Under the pieces are notes generated by a model, which saw only the letters and a list, made by a program, of their open reading frames with translations, was not told where the DNA came from and did not search any database. A program made the position numbers and the translations under genes. This document shows, one piece after another, positions 36,174-45,675 of a DNA stretch of 64,000 bases (positions within the stretch are counted from its first letter, which is position 1; each line of letters opens with the position of its first letter). The DNA comes from an uncultured Candidatus Saccharibacteria bacterium (GTDB lineage: Bacteria; Patescibacteriota; Minisyncoccia; Phycocordibacterales; WO2-35-19). The stretch is from NCBI GenBank assembly GCA_964630525.1, contig CAZVUY010000002.1:99693-163692 (forward strand), given 5' to 3'.

Positions 36174-37244
36174 TTAGTTTCTGGTCAATTCATCTATTTT
36201 AGAAGCCAAGATAAAATCGTTTTCGGAGAGGCCACCGATCGCATGAGTGGAAATCTTTACATCGACGTTTTTAAAGTCGTGAAGCTTGATATCGGGGTGG
36301 TGCCCTTCTTTTTGGGCCACCATCGCTACTTCATTCATGAAATTGACAGCTTCGCGAAAGTCGGTAAACTCGTAAGTTTTTTCTATTTCTTTGTCTTCAA
36401 CCAATGTCCATTGGCTGACTTTTTCAAGTAAACGTTCTGATTCTTCGTGTGATAGGGGAGAAGTGTCTCCTTCGCATGGTACGCAGTGTTTTTGAGAAAG
36501 GGCGGTGAGCGGACCTTCGCCGTTCCCCTTATTGTTTGAGTTGTTTACATCTTCTGATTTCTCGTCGTATTTTAAACCTATCCTGACAGGAGCATTTTTT
36601 ATCGCCTCAAGAACTTTTTGTTCGTCATCTGTTATGAGGTAAAGTTCCAAATCTTTTTCTTCGATCATGGAATTTGAAATCAGAATTTCTCTGAAAAAAT
36701 TCTCAAGAGGTTTCCAGTAACTTTCTCCAAAAAGGATGATGGGTACTCTTGGTATTTTATTTGTTTGAACTAGTGTCAAAATTTCCAAAAACTCATCTAA
36801 TGTGCCAAACCCTCCAGGAAAGAAAATATAAGCTTCCGCAGAAAAAGAAAGACAAACTTTGCGACTAAAAAAATAATGAAAACCCATTTTATGGGTCAGA
36901 TATTCGCTTGTTACTTGTTCGTGGGGGAGTTCGATCGTGAGGCCGACCGAATTGCCACCGGCTTCGTAAGCGCCGCGACTCGCCGCTCTCATGATACCTG
37001 GCCCACCGCCAGTGACGATCGAATAATGTAGCTCTTCGACGATGCGGCGAGCCAAAGTCCTGGCCTTCTCATAATATTCGTCACTTTCTTTGGTTCTGGC
37101 TGAGCCAAAAAAAGTAACCGAGCGGGGATAATTTTTTATAAATTCGAAACCATCGGCAAATTCTTTGGAGATAAGAGCAACCCTTTTTTGGGCAGCTTGG
37201 CTTAGCTCGACTAAGGTCAGAGGTTTGTTGTCCATGCTGATCAT
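36174..37244 (-). CDS. fusion of a LOG-family (TIGR00730, lysine-decarboxylase-like) domain with a C-terminal pterin-4a-carbinolamine dehydratase (PCD/DCoH) domain
   Basis: LOG motifs GGGPGIMRA and PGGFGTLDE in the N-terminal ~230 aa; C-terminal ~100 aa with E-G-H-H-P-D PCD signature. Confidence 0.7.
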   Translation of the reverse strand: MISMDNKPLTLVELSQAAQKRVALISKEFADGFEFIKNYPRSVTFFGSARTKESDEYYEKARTLARRIVEELHYSIVTGGGPGIMRAASRGAYEAGGNSVGLTIELPHEQVTSEYLTHKMGFHYFFSRKVCLSFSAEAYIFFPGGFGTLDEFLEILTLVQTNKIPRVPIILFGESYWKPLENFFREILISNSMIEEKDLELYLITDDEQKVLEAIKNAPVRIGLKYDEKSEDVNNSNNKGNGEGPLTALSQKHCVPCEGDTSPLSHEESERLLEKVSQWTLVEDKEIEKTYEFTDFREAVNFMNEVAMVAQKEGHHPDIKLHDFKNVDVKISTHAIGGLSENDFILASKIDELTRN

Positions 37245-37373
37245 TTTAATTGTTTTAAATAATAAGGCAATATGATAAAATAGACTCCGAGGCTAAAAGT
37301 TATAAGTTTAACCTGTCTTCGCTGAAGCTTCCGGTCTAGTGCCAAGGCTGACGGCGAGGCAAGAAATTAAAAA

Positions 37374-37880
37374 ATGAGGAAATTATCTAAGAATGAGTGG
37401 GTAGCGACAGTGCTTGCGATCGCTTTCGTTGCTTATACTTTGTTTGGAGGCAGTATTATGGGATTATTCAAAAAAAATTCAATGAATGAAAACTCGGCAG
37501 CCGCTATCAATACTACAGCTAATAGCAGCAATTCCTCGGTTATTATAAATGACATTACTGTTGGTAATGGTCAGGAAGTTAAAAATGGTGATCTGGTGTC
37601 AGTACATTACATTCTCTCGCTCTCAGATGGTACTGTTTTGCAGAATTCCAAAGATGTTGGTGCACCATTTCAGTTTACTCTCGGTGCTGGTGAAGTGATC
37701 CCTGGGTGGGAGCAAGGTTTTGCAGGTATCAAGGTTGGTGGTGTCCGTACCATTGTTATCCCACCAGAGCTTGCTTATGGCGCCAACCAGGCTGGACCAA
37801 TCCCACCAAATTCAACTCTAATCTTTACTATTGAAGTTGTAGATACTACTCCTGCTCCAGCTGCTGCAACCACTCAATAA
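37374..37880 (+). CDS. FKBP-type peptidyl-prolyl isomerase with signal or anchor
   Basis: VSVHY...DGTVLQNS...FQFTLGAGEVIPGWEQG...LIFTIEVV. Confidence 0.85.
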   Translation: MRKLSKNEWVATVLAIAFVAYTLFGGSIMGLFKKNSMNENSAAAINTTANSSNSSVIINDITVGNGQEVKNGDLVSVHYILSLSDGTVLQNSKDVGAPFQFTLGAGEVIPGWEQGFAGIKVGGVRTIVIPPELAYGANQAGPIPPNSTLIFTIEVVDTTPAPAAATTQ

Positions 37881-37883
37881 TCA

Positions 37884-39080
37884 ATGTTTCGGATTGAAAA
37901 AGAGATACCTAATTTTCTTGGCCGAGCCGGTGTTCTAGAGACTTCTCATGGGTCTATCAAGACACCGGCTTTTGTGACGGTAGGTACCAAGGGTACGGTC
38001 AAGTCTTTGACTCCTGAACAAGTGAAAGATCTTGGGGCTCAGGTGGTGTTGGCTAATACTTATCACCTATATCTGGAGCCGGGCGATGAAATGGTGAAAA
38101 AGATGGGTGGTTTGGGTCAAATGATGCAGTGGTCGGGTCCCACCATGACTGACTCGGGCGGCTTCCAAGCTTTTTCTTTGGGTGTGGCTTATGAGTATGG
38201 TATTGGTAAGTTCATTTCGAGTGAAGCGCCTCAAGAGCAGGTGGTGGAAGAGGCTTATGATACTACTCGCAAGAACAAAAAAGCCAAAATCACAGAAGAT
38301 GGGGTCGAGTTTCAGTCGGTGATCGATGGTAGTACTCACTTTTTTTCACCGGAAAAATCTATCCAGATTCAGAAAAATATCGGGGCTGACATAATATTTG
38401 CTTTCGATGAATGTACTTCGCCTCACGCCGGCTATCAGTATCTCAAAGAGTCAATGGAACGCACCCACCGCTGGGCGGAGAGGTGTTTGGGGGAACACAA
38501 AAAGAGCCCACCCTCCCAATCCCTTTTCGGTATCGTCCAGGGTGGTCGGTATCAGGATTTGCGTGAAGAAAGTGCCAAAGTGGTAAGTGCGATGGGTTTC
38601 GATGGCTTTGGGATCGGCGGTTCATTTGTCAAAGAAGATATGCATGATGCGGTGAAATGGGTCAACACTGTTTTGCCCAAAGAGAAACCAAGACATTTGC
38701 TCGGGGTGGGTGAGCCAGCTGATCTTTTTGGAGCGGTGGAAAATGGTTGTGATCTTTTCGATTGTGTCGCCCCAACCAGGATCGCGCGCAACGGTACTCT
38801 CTACACTCATTTTGGCAAAATCAATATTTTGAATAGTAAATTCAAAAATGATCTAGTTCCCATAGATGAAGGGTGCGATTGCTACACCTGTCAAAAATAT
38901 TCTCGTGCTTACGTGGCTCACTTATTTCGAGCTAAAGAAATGTTGGGGGCCACTCTCGCCTCAATCCACAACCTACGTTTTATTGTGAGGATGGTTGATG
39001 CTATGCGTGAAGCTATTTTAAACGGCACTTTTTTTGAATACAAAAAAAATTTTCTTGATCGCTATCAACAAACAATATGA
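37884..39080 (+). CDS. tgt: queuine tRNA-ribosyltransferase
   Basis: DSGGFQ, DCVAPTR and zinc site CDCYTCQKYSRAYVAHL. Confidence 0.9.
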   Translation: MFRIEKEIPNFLGRAGVLETSHGSIKTPAFVTVGTKGTVKSLTPEQVKDLGAQVVLANTYHLYLEPGDEMVKKMGGLGQMMQWSGPTMTDSGGFQAFSLGVAYEYGIGKFISSEAPQEQVVEEAYDTTRKNKKAKITEDGVEFQSVIDGSTHFFSPEKSIQIQKNIGADIIFAFDECTSPHAGYQYLKESMERTHRWAERCLGEHKKSPPSQSLFGIVQGGRYQDLREESAKVVSAMGFDGFGIGGSFVKEDMHDAVKWVNTVLPKEKPRHLLGVGEPADLFGAVENGCDLFDCVAPTRIARNGTLYTHFGKINILNSKFKNDLVPIDEGCDCYTCQKYSRAYVAHLFRAKEMLGATLASIHNLRFIVRMVDAMREAILNGTFFEYKKNFLDRYQQTI

Positions 39081-39092
39081 TATATTATCCGC

Positions 39093-41228
39093 ATGAAATT
39101 TGAGCTGAAGGCCAAATTTGATCCTGCCGGAGATCAGCCAAAAGCTATTGAAAAATTGGTGGCTGGTGTGCGAAAGGGCAAAGATCATCAAACACTGCTC
39201 GGGGTGACAGGGAGCGGCAAGACTTTTACTATTGCCAATGTGATAGAGAAGATCAATAAGCCGACTTTGGTCATTGCCCACAACAAAACCTTGGCCGCCC
39301 AACTCACTCAGGAATATCGAGAATTTTTCCCCAACAATGCTGTTCATTATTTTGTTTCTTATTACGATTTCTACCAGCCGGAAGCTTATATGCCGGTCAC
39401 CGATACTTATATAGAAAAAGAGGCAATGATCAATGAGGAGATCGAGCGGTTGCGCCACGCTTCGACCGAAGCTTTGCTCACCCGAAAAGATGTGATCATC
39501 GTGGCCTCTGTTTCTTGTATTTATGGCTTAGGTTCTCCGGAAGAATATGAAAAAGTGAATCTCAAAATCGAAGCGGAAAGCAAGATAAACCGAGCCGAGT
39601 TCTTACGAAAACTGATTTATATCCACTATGAGCGGACCAACGCTGACCTGACGCCCGGTACTTTTCGGGCGATCGGCAATATTATTGAGATCATGCCGGT
39701 CTCTGAAAAACAGGTTTATCGGCTTGAAGTGGTGGGCGACCAGATCAAATCTATCCAACAAATAGATGCTATTTCCAGAAGTATTTTGGCTGAACCGAAA
39801 GCTTTTTATCTTTTTCCGGCCAAGCATTTCATTACCGCCGAAGAAGATGTTAAAAGAGCGCTAAAATCGATCAAGGCTGAGTTGGCAGCACAACTTAAAA
39901 AATTTGAAAAAGAAGGCAAGCTTTTGGAGGCTGATCGACTAAAACGTCGCACTGGCTACGACCTCTCTATGATCAAAGAGGTTGGCTATTGCAACGGTAT
40001 CGAAAATTATTCCAGGCATTTTGATGGTCGCGAGGCGGGCGAACCACCTCACTCTCTGCTCTCTTATTTCCCAAAAGACAAAGATGGTAAGCCGGATTTT
40101 CTCACAGTGATCGATGAATCGCATGTCACCGTCTCTCAAATTGGTGGTATGTACGCCGGCGACGCCTCCAGAAAAGAAACCTTGATCGAGCATGGTTTTC
40201 GCTTGCCAAGCGCCAAAGACAATCGACCACTCAAGTTCCCTGAATTTACCGAACGGATTGGGCAGGTTATCTACACTTCAGCTACTCCGGGCAAATATGA
40301 ACTTGATAAAAGCGGGAAAGAAGGGGTGGCAGAACAAATCATTCGTCCGACAGGACTCTTGGATCCGGAAGTTTTCGTAAGACCGATCAGTCAGACCTCA
40401 CCCCCGACCCCTCTCCTTGGTAAGGAGAGGGGAGAAGTGGTTTTTTCTGATTCCCCCCTTAAGGTAAGGGGGGCTAGAGGGGATATGAATAAAAAAGCAG
40501 GTTACCCAGGCCAGATTCTCGATTTCATCAATGAGGCGGTGAAAGAAGTAAAGAAAGGCAATCGGGTTATTGCTACCACTCTTACCAAAAAGATGGCTGA
40601 GGATCTGTCTGAGTACTTAAAGGAAAAAAAGATTCGAGCTGAATATTTGCATAGTGATATCAAAACTATTGAAAGAATAGAAATTTTGACCAGGCTAAGA
40701 AAAGGGGAGTTTGATGTGTTGGTTGGGGTCAATCTCTTGCGAGAAGGTTTGGACCTGCCAGAAGTTTCTTTTATCGGCATTCTCGATGCAGACAAAGAGG
40801 GTTTTTTGCGAAGCGAAACTTCTTTGATTCAGACGATCGGTCGGGCAGCCCGCAACGTCGAGGGGCGAGTCATCCTTTATGCCGATCAGCTGACTGGTTC
40901 GATGGAGCGCGCAATCTCAGAAACAAATCGTCGGCGTGCTTTGCAGATCGCTTACAACAAAGCGCACGGTATCACGCCGCAGACCATCAAGAAAGAAATA
41001 AAAGATATCACCGAACAAATGCAACGAGAGCACAAAAAGGCGGTGGGTACGCTCCTTGCGATAGATTTGAAGAAGGGGGGCAAGGACGGACTCTCTGCTA
41101 AACAGGTGGCCAAATTGATCAAGACCAAAGAAAAACAAATGAACGCCGCCGTCAAAATCCTCGATTTCGAATCCGCCGCCATCCTCCGTGATGAGATTAA
41201 GGAATTGGAGAAAATGATCTCGGGCTAG
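39093..41228 (+). CDS. uvrB: excinuclease ABC subunit B with a ~39-aa in-frame insertion
   Basis: GVTGSGKTFTIAN Walker A, beta-hairpin region, C-terminal UvrC-interaction helix; insertion between VRP and QILDF relative to the canonical UvrB core. Confidence 0.9.
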   Translation: MKFELKAKFDPAGDQPKAIEKLVAGVRKGKDHQTLLGVTGSGKTFTIANVIEKINKPTLVIAHNKTLAAQLTQEYREFFPNNAVHYFVSYYDFYQPEAYMPVTDTYIEKEAMINEEIERLRHASTEALLTRKDVIIVASVSCIYGLGSPEEYEKVNLKIEAESKINRAEFLRKLIYIHYERTNADLTPGTFRAIGNIIEIMPVSEKQVYRLEVVGDQIKSIQQIDAISRSILAEPKAFYLFPAKHFITAEEDVKRALKSIKAELAAQLKKFEKEGKLLEADRLKRRTGYDLSMIKEVGYCNGIENYSRHFDGREAGEPPHSLLSYFPKDKDGKPDFLTVIDESHVTVSQIGGMYAGDASRKETLIEHGFRLPSAKDNRPLKFPEFTERIGQVIYTSATPGKYELDKSGKEGVAEQIIRPTGLLDPEVFVRPISQTSPPTPLLGKERGEVVFSDSPLKVRGARGDMNKKAGYPGQILDFINEAVKEVKKGNRVIATTLTKKMAEDLSEYLKEKKIRAEYLHSDIKTIERIEILTRLRKGEFDVLVGVNLLREGLDLPEVSFIGILDADKEGFLRSETSLIQTIGRAARNVEGRVILYADQLTGSMERAISETNRRRALQIAYNKAHGITPQTIKKEIKDITEQMQREHKKAVGTLLAIDLKKGGKDGLSAKQVAKLIKTKEKQMNAAVKILDFESAAILRDEIKELEKMISG
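40408..40473. repeat. two GC-rich perfect hairpins inside the uvrB CDS: CCCCTCTCC-TTGGTAA-GGAGAGGGG (40408-40432) and CCCCCCTTA-AGG-TAAGGGGGG (40453-40473)
   Basis: Read directly from the sequence; they encode the uvrB insertion segment. Confidence 0.8.
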
Positions 41229-41291
41229 ATCAACTTGACATCTCTTGCTATATATGTATATTAATGCTGTAGTTCATTTTATGGAGGTTAT

Positions 41292-41717
41292 ATGATTTTG
41301 CAGCTGCTCACTGAGCTGAACCAGGATCTTCCAGTGGATGATCCGCCACAACAGAAGGTCCAACCGGGTGACAAGGTCCTGGGAGTGGTCGGCATACAGG
41401 CTCAACGCCTGTTTTCGATCATTCAACGCCATGCCAATCTGGTCGACGCGAAGGCCGCCCAGCTCAAGGATGGAAGTATTTCCATCAATGATATGAGGCG
41501 TATTGTGAGGGAGATCAAGGATGATCTGCGCCGCCTGACGTTGCTGGGGCAGGTCTTTTGGACCGAGATCCGGGAAGAGGTGGGTGTTCCGGATGGCGAG
41601 CTATTGATCTGTGAGGACTGGAAAGTGGTTGCATCAGAGGTCGTCGACGAGGACTGCGGCGATCCCAACTGTCCGGCCCATGGCCACAAGCACACAAGTG
41701 AATCTGCTGCCGACTAA
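41292..41717 (+). CDS. hypothetical protein (GC-rich island gene 1) with C-terminal CGDPNCPAHGH Cys/His cluster
   Basis: 141-aa ORF with coding-like composition; first gene of the GC-rich island. Confidence 0.4.
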   Translation: MILQLLTELNQDLPVDDPPQQKVQPGDKVLGVVGIQAQRLFSIIQRHANLVDAKAAQLKDGSISINDMRRIVREIKDDLRRLTLLGQVFWTEIREEVGVPDGELLICEDWKVVASEVVDEDCGDPNCPAHGHKHTSESAAD

Positions 41718-41726
41718 TCGGGCTCA

Positions 41727-41758
41727 GGCCCCCATCGCTTTGCGATGGGGGCCTTTTT
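41727..41758 (+). terminator. strong rho-independent terminator
   Basis: GGCCCCCATCGC-TT-TGCGATGGGGGCC followed by TTTTT. Confidence 0.7.
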
Positions 41759-41871
41759 AAAGAAAGTGTTACTAACGCTTGAAAAATGTACACAGACAGT
41801 TGACTTTTTATATAACGAATGATATTATTCGGTTAGAATTTTGTCCTTTTAAATTAAAGGAGATAGAGACA

Positions 41872-43353
41872 ATGAGATTTCTTTATGCTACTGATTTGCA
41901 TGGAAATCGGGATGCTATTGAGCAAGCTTTCCAAGTGGCTCACGAAGAGCGGGTTGGGGCTATTGTATTTGGTGGCGACCTGACTCCCAAGTCAGTGGCA
42001 ATCAAGTTGGCCCACTATCCTGATCCTTCTAAAGAAGAAGTTGAGTTTGAGGGAGAAATTCCTCTGCTTGGCGGCGAAGTATTACCAACTCACCTACTGG
42101 AAGACGAGCAGCACATCCACACTTTTACAAAGAGTCTGGAGCGTGTGAAAAAACTCAACCAACAGTTGGGTTCGGATGTCCTTGCAGAACAACTTGTTCG
42201 TAAGGGATCAATCCTTCACGAGCTTAAAAACCAATACTACGAGATTGAGTCTATGCTCTCAGAGCAGATCCTTCTCGACAAATTGTATGCTTTCTTTCGC
42301 GATGCTGGCACTAACAGTCGAACACGACTTGAACTCTCCGATGAGGAGGTTGAGATCGTCAAAGACTGTGTGGCCGAGTGGCTTGCAGAATACGAGAAAG
42401 GACTAATGGATAGTCAAAAGTCAGCTTTTTTAGCTAAATGTAAACAAACATTTGGTTACGAGGGTGATGACTTTTTGGCCGTCGCACCGTCGCGACACAT
42501 CTTGGAATGTATCCTCTACGAACTTTCGAGTGGAAATCTGTCAGATGTTTTTGTTCCGATTGAAAATTTGCTTAAGAGTAAGAAGGGGTACATCGCGGGG
42601 CGACTTCTAAAGTTTTTCCACGACGAGCAGAATAGAATTTTCCGATCCGGTGCCTACAAAGGCATGATCGAGGAGTCTTGGATTGGGGCCTTGCCCTATT
42701 ACTCAACTATCGCTCAGCTCAAACGAGACGTAGAGAAAACGGAATTCTTAGGAGCGGAGCAAGCAAAATTCCTTCGGGAGTTTTTCTTCCCGCTTGTTCG
42801 GGGATGGAATGCGACACACCCAAACCAGCCCGTGTACGCCATGCTTGGCAACGACGACATCATCGAAAATGTCTCGTTGCTAGATGAAGCGGAACGGGAA
42901 GGTCTACTCTGTCATATGCATGGCGACAAAGTCAGCATGTTCGACGGTGATCTTAATATCGTCGGCTACAGCTTTGTTGAAACTCTGCCTCCCAAGGTTG
43001 AGTACCGTGCATGGGTCAAGAATGCTAGTGACATCCTATGCGATCTGAAGTCTCTCTGGTTTAGCCTGAGACACAGGAAAGCAATTTGGGTGATCCACAA
43101 TCCGCCGTTCGGCTACGTCGACCAGATCGTCGGCGGCCACGCTGGAAGCCAAGGGGTGCTAGAGTTTTTGGAGCAATTCAAACCCTCCTTAGCGCTTTTC
43201 GGACACATTCACGAAGCACCGCGACTCGCAGGAGATTTTACGGCTAAACTTGGAGAAACGCTCTGCGTCAATCCAGGAGGAGAACATGAAAATGGGCTCC
43301 AAGCTGTTATTATTAATTCAGAAACTTTGGAAGTGGAGAGGAGGTGGCTATGA
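41872..43353 (+). CDS. calcineurin-like metallophosphoesterase with a long internal insertion (GC-rich island gene 2)
   Basis: RBS AAGGAG 8 nt upstream; N-terminal LYATDLHGN...VFGGDL and C-terminal NPPFGY...LFGHIHEA phosphoesterase motifs. Confidence 0.65.
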   Translation: MRFLYATDLHGNRDAIEQAFQVAHEERVGAIVFGGDLTPKSVAIKLAHYPDPSKEEVEFEGEIPLLGGEVLPTHLLEDEQHIHTFTKSLERVKKLNQQLGSDVLAEQLVRKGSILHELKNQYYEIESMLSEQILLDKLYAFFRDAGTNSRTRLELSDEEVEIVKDCVAEWLAEYEKGLMDSQKSAFLAKCKQTFGYEGDDFLAVAPSRHILECILYELSSGNLSDVFVPIENLLKSKKGYIAGRLLKFFHDEQNRIFRSGAYKGMIEESWIGALPYYSTIAQLKRDVEKTEFLGAEQAKFLREFFFPLVRGWNATHPNQPVYAMLGNDDIIENVSLLDEAEREGLLCHMHGDKVSMFDGDLNIVGYSFVETLPPKVEYRAWVKNASDILCDLKSLWFSLRHRKAIWVIHNPPFGYVDQIVGGHAGSQGVLEFLEQFKPSLALFGHIHEAPRLAGDFTAKLGETLCVNPGGEHENGLQAVIINSETLEVERRWL

Positions 43354-43949
43354 TGCAGATGATGAGATTTAATCTAGCGCCCCGTTTCGAGTTGCGTCAG
43401 GAGCAGAGGATAGCGCACTTGCAGATTCTTTGCGCGCCGAAACCGCCTAATGCAGTTTGTGGTATTGAGGGTATGAAAGTTGCTGACAGCGTACTCAAGG
43501 AAATGGGAGTTGTTGGTATGTTGATTGGTGGCTTGGCTAAAGAACTTTGGTCTGGCGTATCGGACGAAGAACGTTTGTTGAAACATAAGGATGTTGATGT
43601 GCTGGTGCTTTCGCACGACTGCACATTTCATCCGAAAAAATGGGCGAGCGGTATCGATTGGTGGGTAAGCCATGATCCACAACAGCGCCCAACGAATGGC
43701 AATCCGGTTGGATTGCTGTGGCGGGTGCGGTTGGATTTGCATGCGCGAAATATCCCAAAAGGGTTGTATTTGTGCCCGCTGCAACTTCTTCGTGAATCGG
43801 TTGTGATGGAACGACGCTTTCTCAAGGGTCGTAAGGTGGTTGGCGGACGTTTTAAGGACAATCCCGCTTCTCTGTATCCGTCTTTGGACGAGATGCAGCT
43901 TCGATGGGACTGGGCAGGTTTAGAAGACCCTGTTGCGGACTATTGCTGA
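43350..43949 (+). CDS. hypothetical protein, possibly minimal nucleotidyltransferase-fold (GC-rich island gene 3)
   Basis: RBS AGGAGG before ATG 43350; loose IGG...x19...DVDV match to the pol-beta NTase motif. Confidence 0.3.
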   Translation: MMQMMRFNLAPRFELRQEQRIAHLQILCAPKPPNAVCGIEGMKVADSVLKEMGVVGMLIGGLAKELWSGVSDEERLLKHKDVDVLVLSHDCTFHPKKWASGIDWWVSHDPQQRPTNGNPVGLLWRVRLDLHARNIPKGLYLCPLQLLRESVVMERRFLKGRKVVGGRFKDNPASLYPSLDEMQLRWDWAGLEDPVADYC

Positions 43950-43962
43950 CAACGTTTGATAG

Positions 43963-43993
43963 GTGGCTATGCCTTCGGCTGGCCACCTTTTTG
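43963..43993 (+). terminator. terminator at the end of the GC-rich island
   Basis: GGTGGC...GCCACC hairpin followed by TTTTTG. Confidence 0.6.
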
Positions 43994-44056
43994 TTATCGC
44001 AGGAACGTATTTTATATATTTGACTCTTTTGGGGGGATTTGGTAGCCTTATTCGGT

Positions 44057-44242
44057 ATGGCCAAAAAGTCAGTTATAGCAAGAAGTCTTAAAAAGCCAAA
44101 GTTTAGTACTCGGGCTGTTAAGCGTTGCTTCAAGTGTGGCCGAGTCCGTGCTTATATGGGCGATTTCGCTCTTTGCCGCATCTGCTTTAGGGAGCTTGCC
44201 AATGAAGGCAGGATCCCCGGCATCAAGAAATCTTCTTGGTAA
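44057..44242 (+). CDS. rpsZ: 30S ribosomal protein S14, type Z (zinc-binding)
   Basis: 61 aa; CFKCGR...CRIC zinc ribbon; sits before rpsH. Confidence 0.9.
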   Translation: MAKKSVIARSLKKPKFSTRAVKRCFKCGRVRAYMGDFALCRICFRELANEGRIPGIKKSSW

Positions 44243-44347
44243 ACCCAAAGAAGATATCAATATTAAAGATTAAATTTATAAAAAACAGTCAACCCAGGAG
44301 AGGAAAATATGGAAACCGTATAACTCCTCCCCTCTAACAGAAACAGA

Positions 44348-44740
44348 ATGAACGATCCAATAGGAGATTTTATAATCAGAATAAAAAACGCTAGTCAGGT
44401 CAAAAAGACTGAAGTTTTGGTGCCTTTTTCAAAGATGAAGTTGGCTATCGCCAAATTGCTTGCAGAAAAAGGTTTTGTCGGTGAAGTGAGCGAAAAAACC
44501 AAAGGCAGCGCGAAATATCTGAATGTCGGTTTGATTTACGACGAGAGCGGTAACCCAAAAGTTTCTAATGCTAGGCGTATTTCTAAGCCGGGTCGCCGAC
44601 TTTACACCAAATCGAAAGATATCAAGCGATTTCGTCGAGGCTTTGGTTTGTCGGTATTCTCAACCCCAAAAGGCATCATGGCTGATATGGACGCAAAGAA
44701 AGAGAACTTGGGTGGAGAATTTTTGTTTAATATCTGGTAA
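44348..44740 (+). CDS. rpsH: 30S ribosomal protein S8
   Basis: Canonical S8 sequence. Confidence 0.95.
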   Translation: MNDPIGDFIIRIKNASQVKKTEVLVPFSKMKLAIAKLLAEKGFVGEVSEKTKGSAKYLNVGLIYDESGNPKVSNARRISKPGRRLYTKSKDIKRFRRGFGLSVFSTPKGIMADMDAKKENLGGEFLFNIW

Positions 44741-44764
44741 CCCAGCACGAAATATAATAATAAA

Positions 44765-45298
44765 ATGAGTAGAATTGGTAAAAAAGGAATAGTAGCTGAC
44801 GGAAATGTTGAGGTCAAAATCGAAAATGGCCTGTTTTCTGCTAAAGGACCGAAAGGGTCTCTAGCGAGAATGTTTCGTCCGGAAGTGTCTATCCATATCG
44901 ATGGGAAAAATATTTCTTTAACTATCGAAAAAGAGAATACTCAGACCAAAGCTCTCTGGGGGGCGTATGCTTCCCATATCAAGAATATGGTGAAGGGCGT
45001 TGTTGACGGCTTTGAGAAGAAGTTGATTCTCGAAGGGGTTGGTTATAAATCTCAAGTGAACGGAGACAAATTGGTTCTGGCACTCGGTTTTTCTCACCCA
45101 GTCGAAGTCTTGATACCCCAAGAATTAAGTGTGAAGGCAGAGAAGAATCTCATCACTATTTCGGGTATTGATAAGGAGTTGGTGGGTAGCTTTAGCGCTA
45201 AACTTAGGGCACTTAAGAAACCAGAACCATACAAAGGTAAAGGTTTCCGTTATCACGATGAAGTGATCAGAAGGAAGCAGGGCAAGAAATCCGTATAG
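44765..45298 (+). CDS. rplF: 50S ribosomal protein L6
   Basis: Canonical L6 sequence. Confidence 0.95.
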   Translation: MSRIGKKGIVADGNVEVKIENGLFSAKGPKGSLARMFRPEVSIHIDGKNISLTIEKENTQTKALWGAYASHIKNMVKGVVDGFEKKLILEGVGYKSQVNGDKLVLALGFSHPVEVLIPQELSVKAEKNLITISGIDKELVGSFSAKLRALKKPEPYKGKGFRYHDEVIRRKQGKKSV

Positions 45299-45320
45299 TG
45301 AAATAAGAAAGCAAAAAGAA

Positions 45321-45668
45321 ATGGATACTAAAATCAAAAAAATAAAGAGAGAGAGGCGTAAAAAGCGTATTAGAGCGAAAATTTTTGGTACTGCGGCCAG
45401 ACCAAGGTTTTCCGTTTTTAGATCAAATAGGTATATGACCGCTCAGCTAGTGGATGACGCAAATGGTGTTACTTTGGCTGCGGCTACTACCAAAAATGTA
45501 AAAAGTGGTAATTTGTCAGATAAGGCGAAAATGATCGGTCAAGATATCGCCAAGCAAGCTTTGGCCAAAAATATCAAGGAAGCAGTGTTTGACCGGGGAG
45601 GCTACCTTTATACCGGATCAGTCATGTCACTTGCTGAAGGGGCGAGGGAGGCTGGGCTCAAATTTTAA
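45321..45668 (+). CDS. rplR: 50S ribosomal protein L18
   Basis: Canonical L18 sequence. Confidence 0.9.
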   Translation: MDTKIKKIKRERRKKRIRAKIFGTAARPRFSVFRSNRYMTAQLVDDANGVTLAAATTKNVKSGNLSDKAKMIGQDIAKQALAKNIKEAVFDRGGYLYTGSVMSLAEGAREAGLKF

Positions 45669-45675
45669 ATAAATT

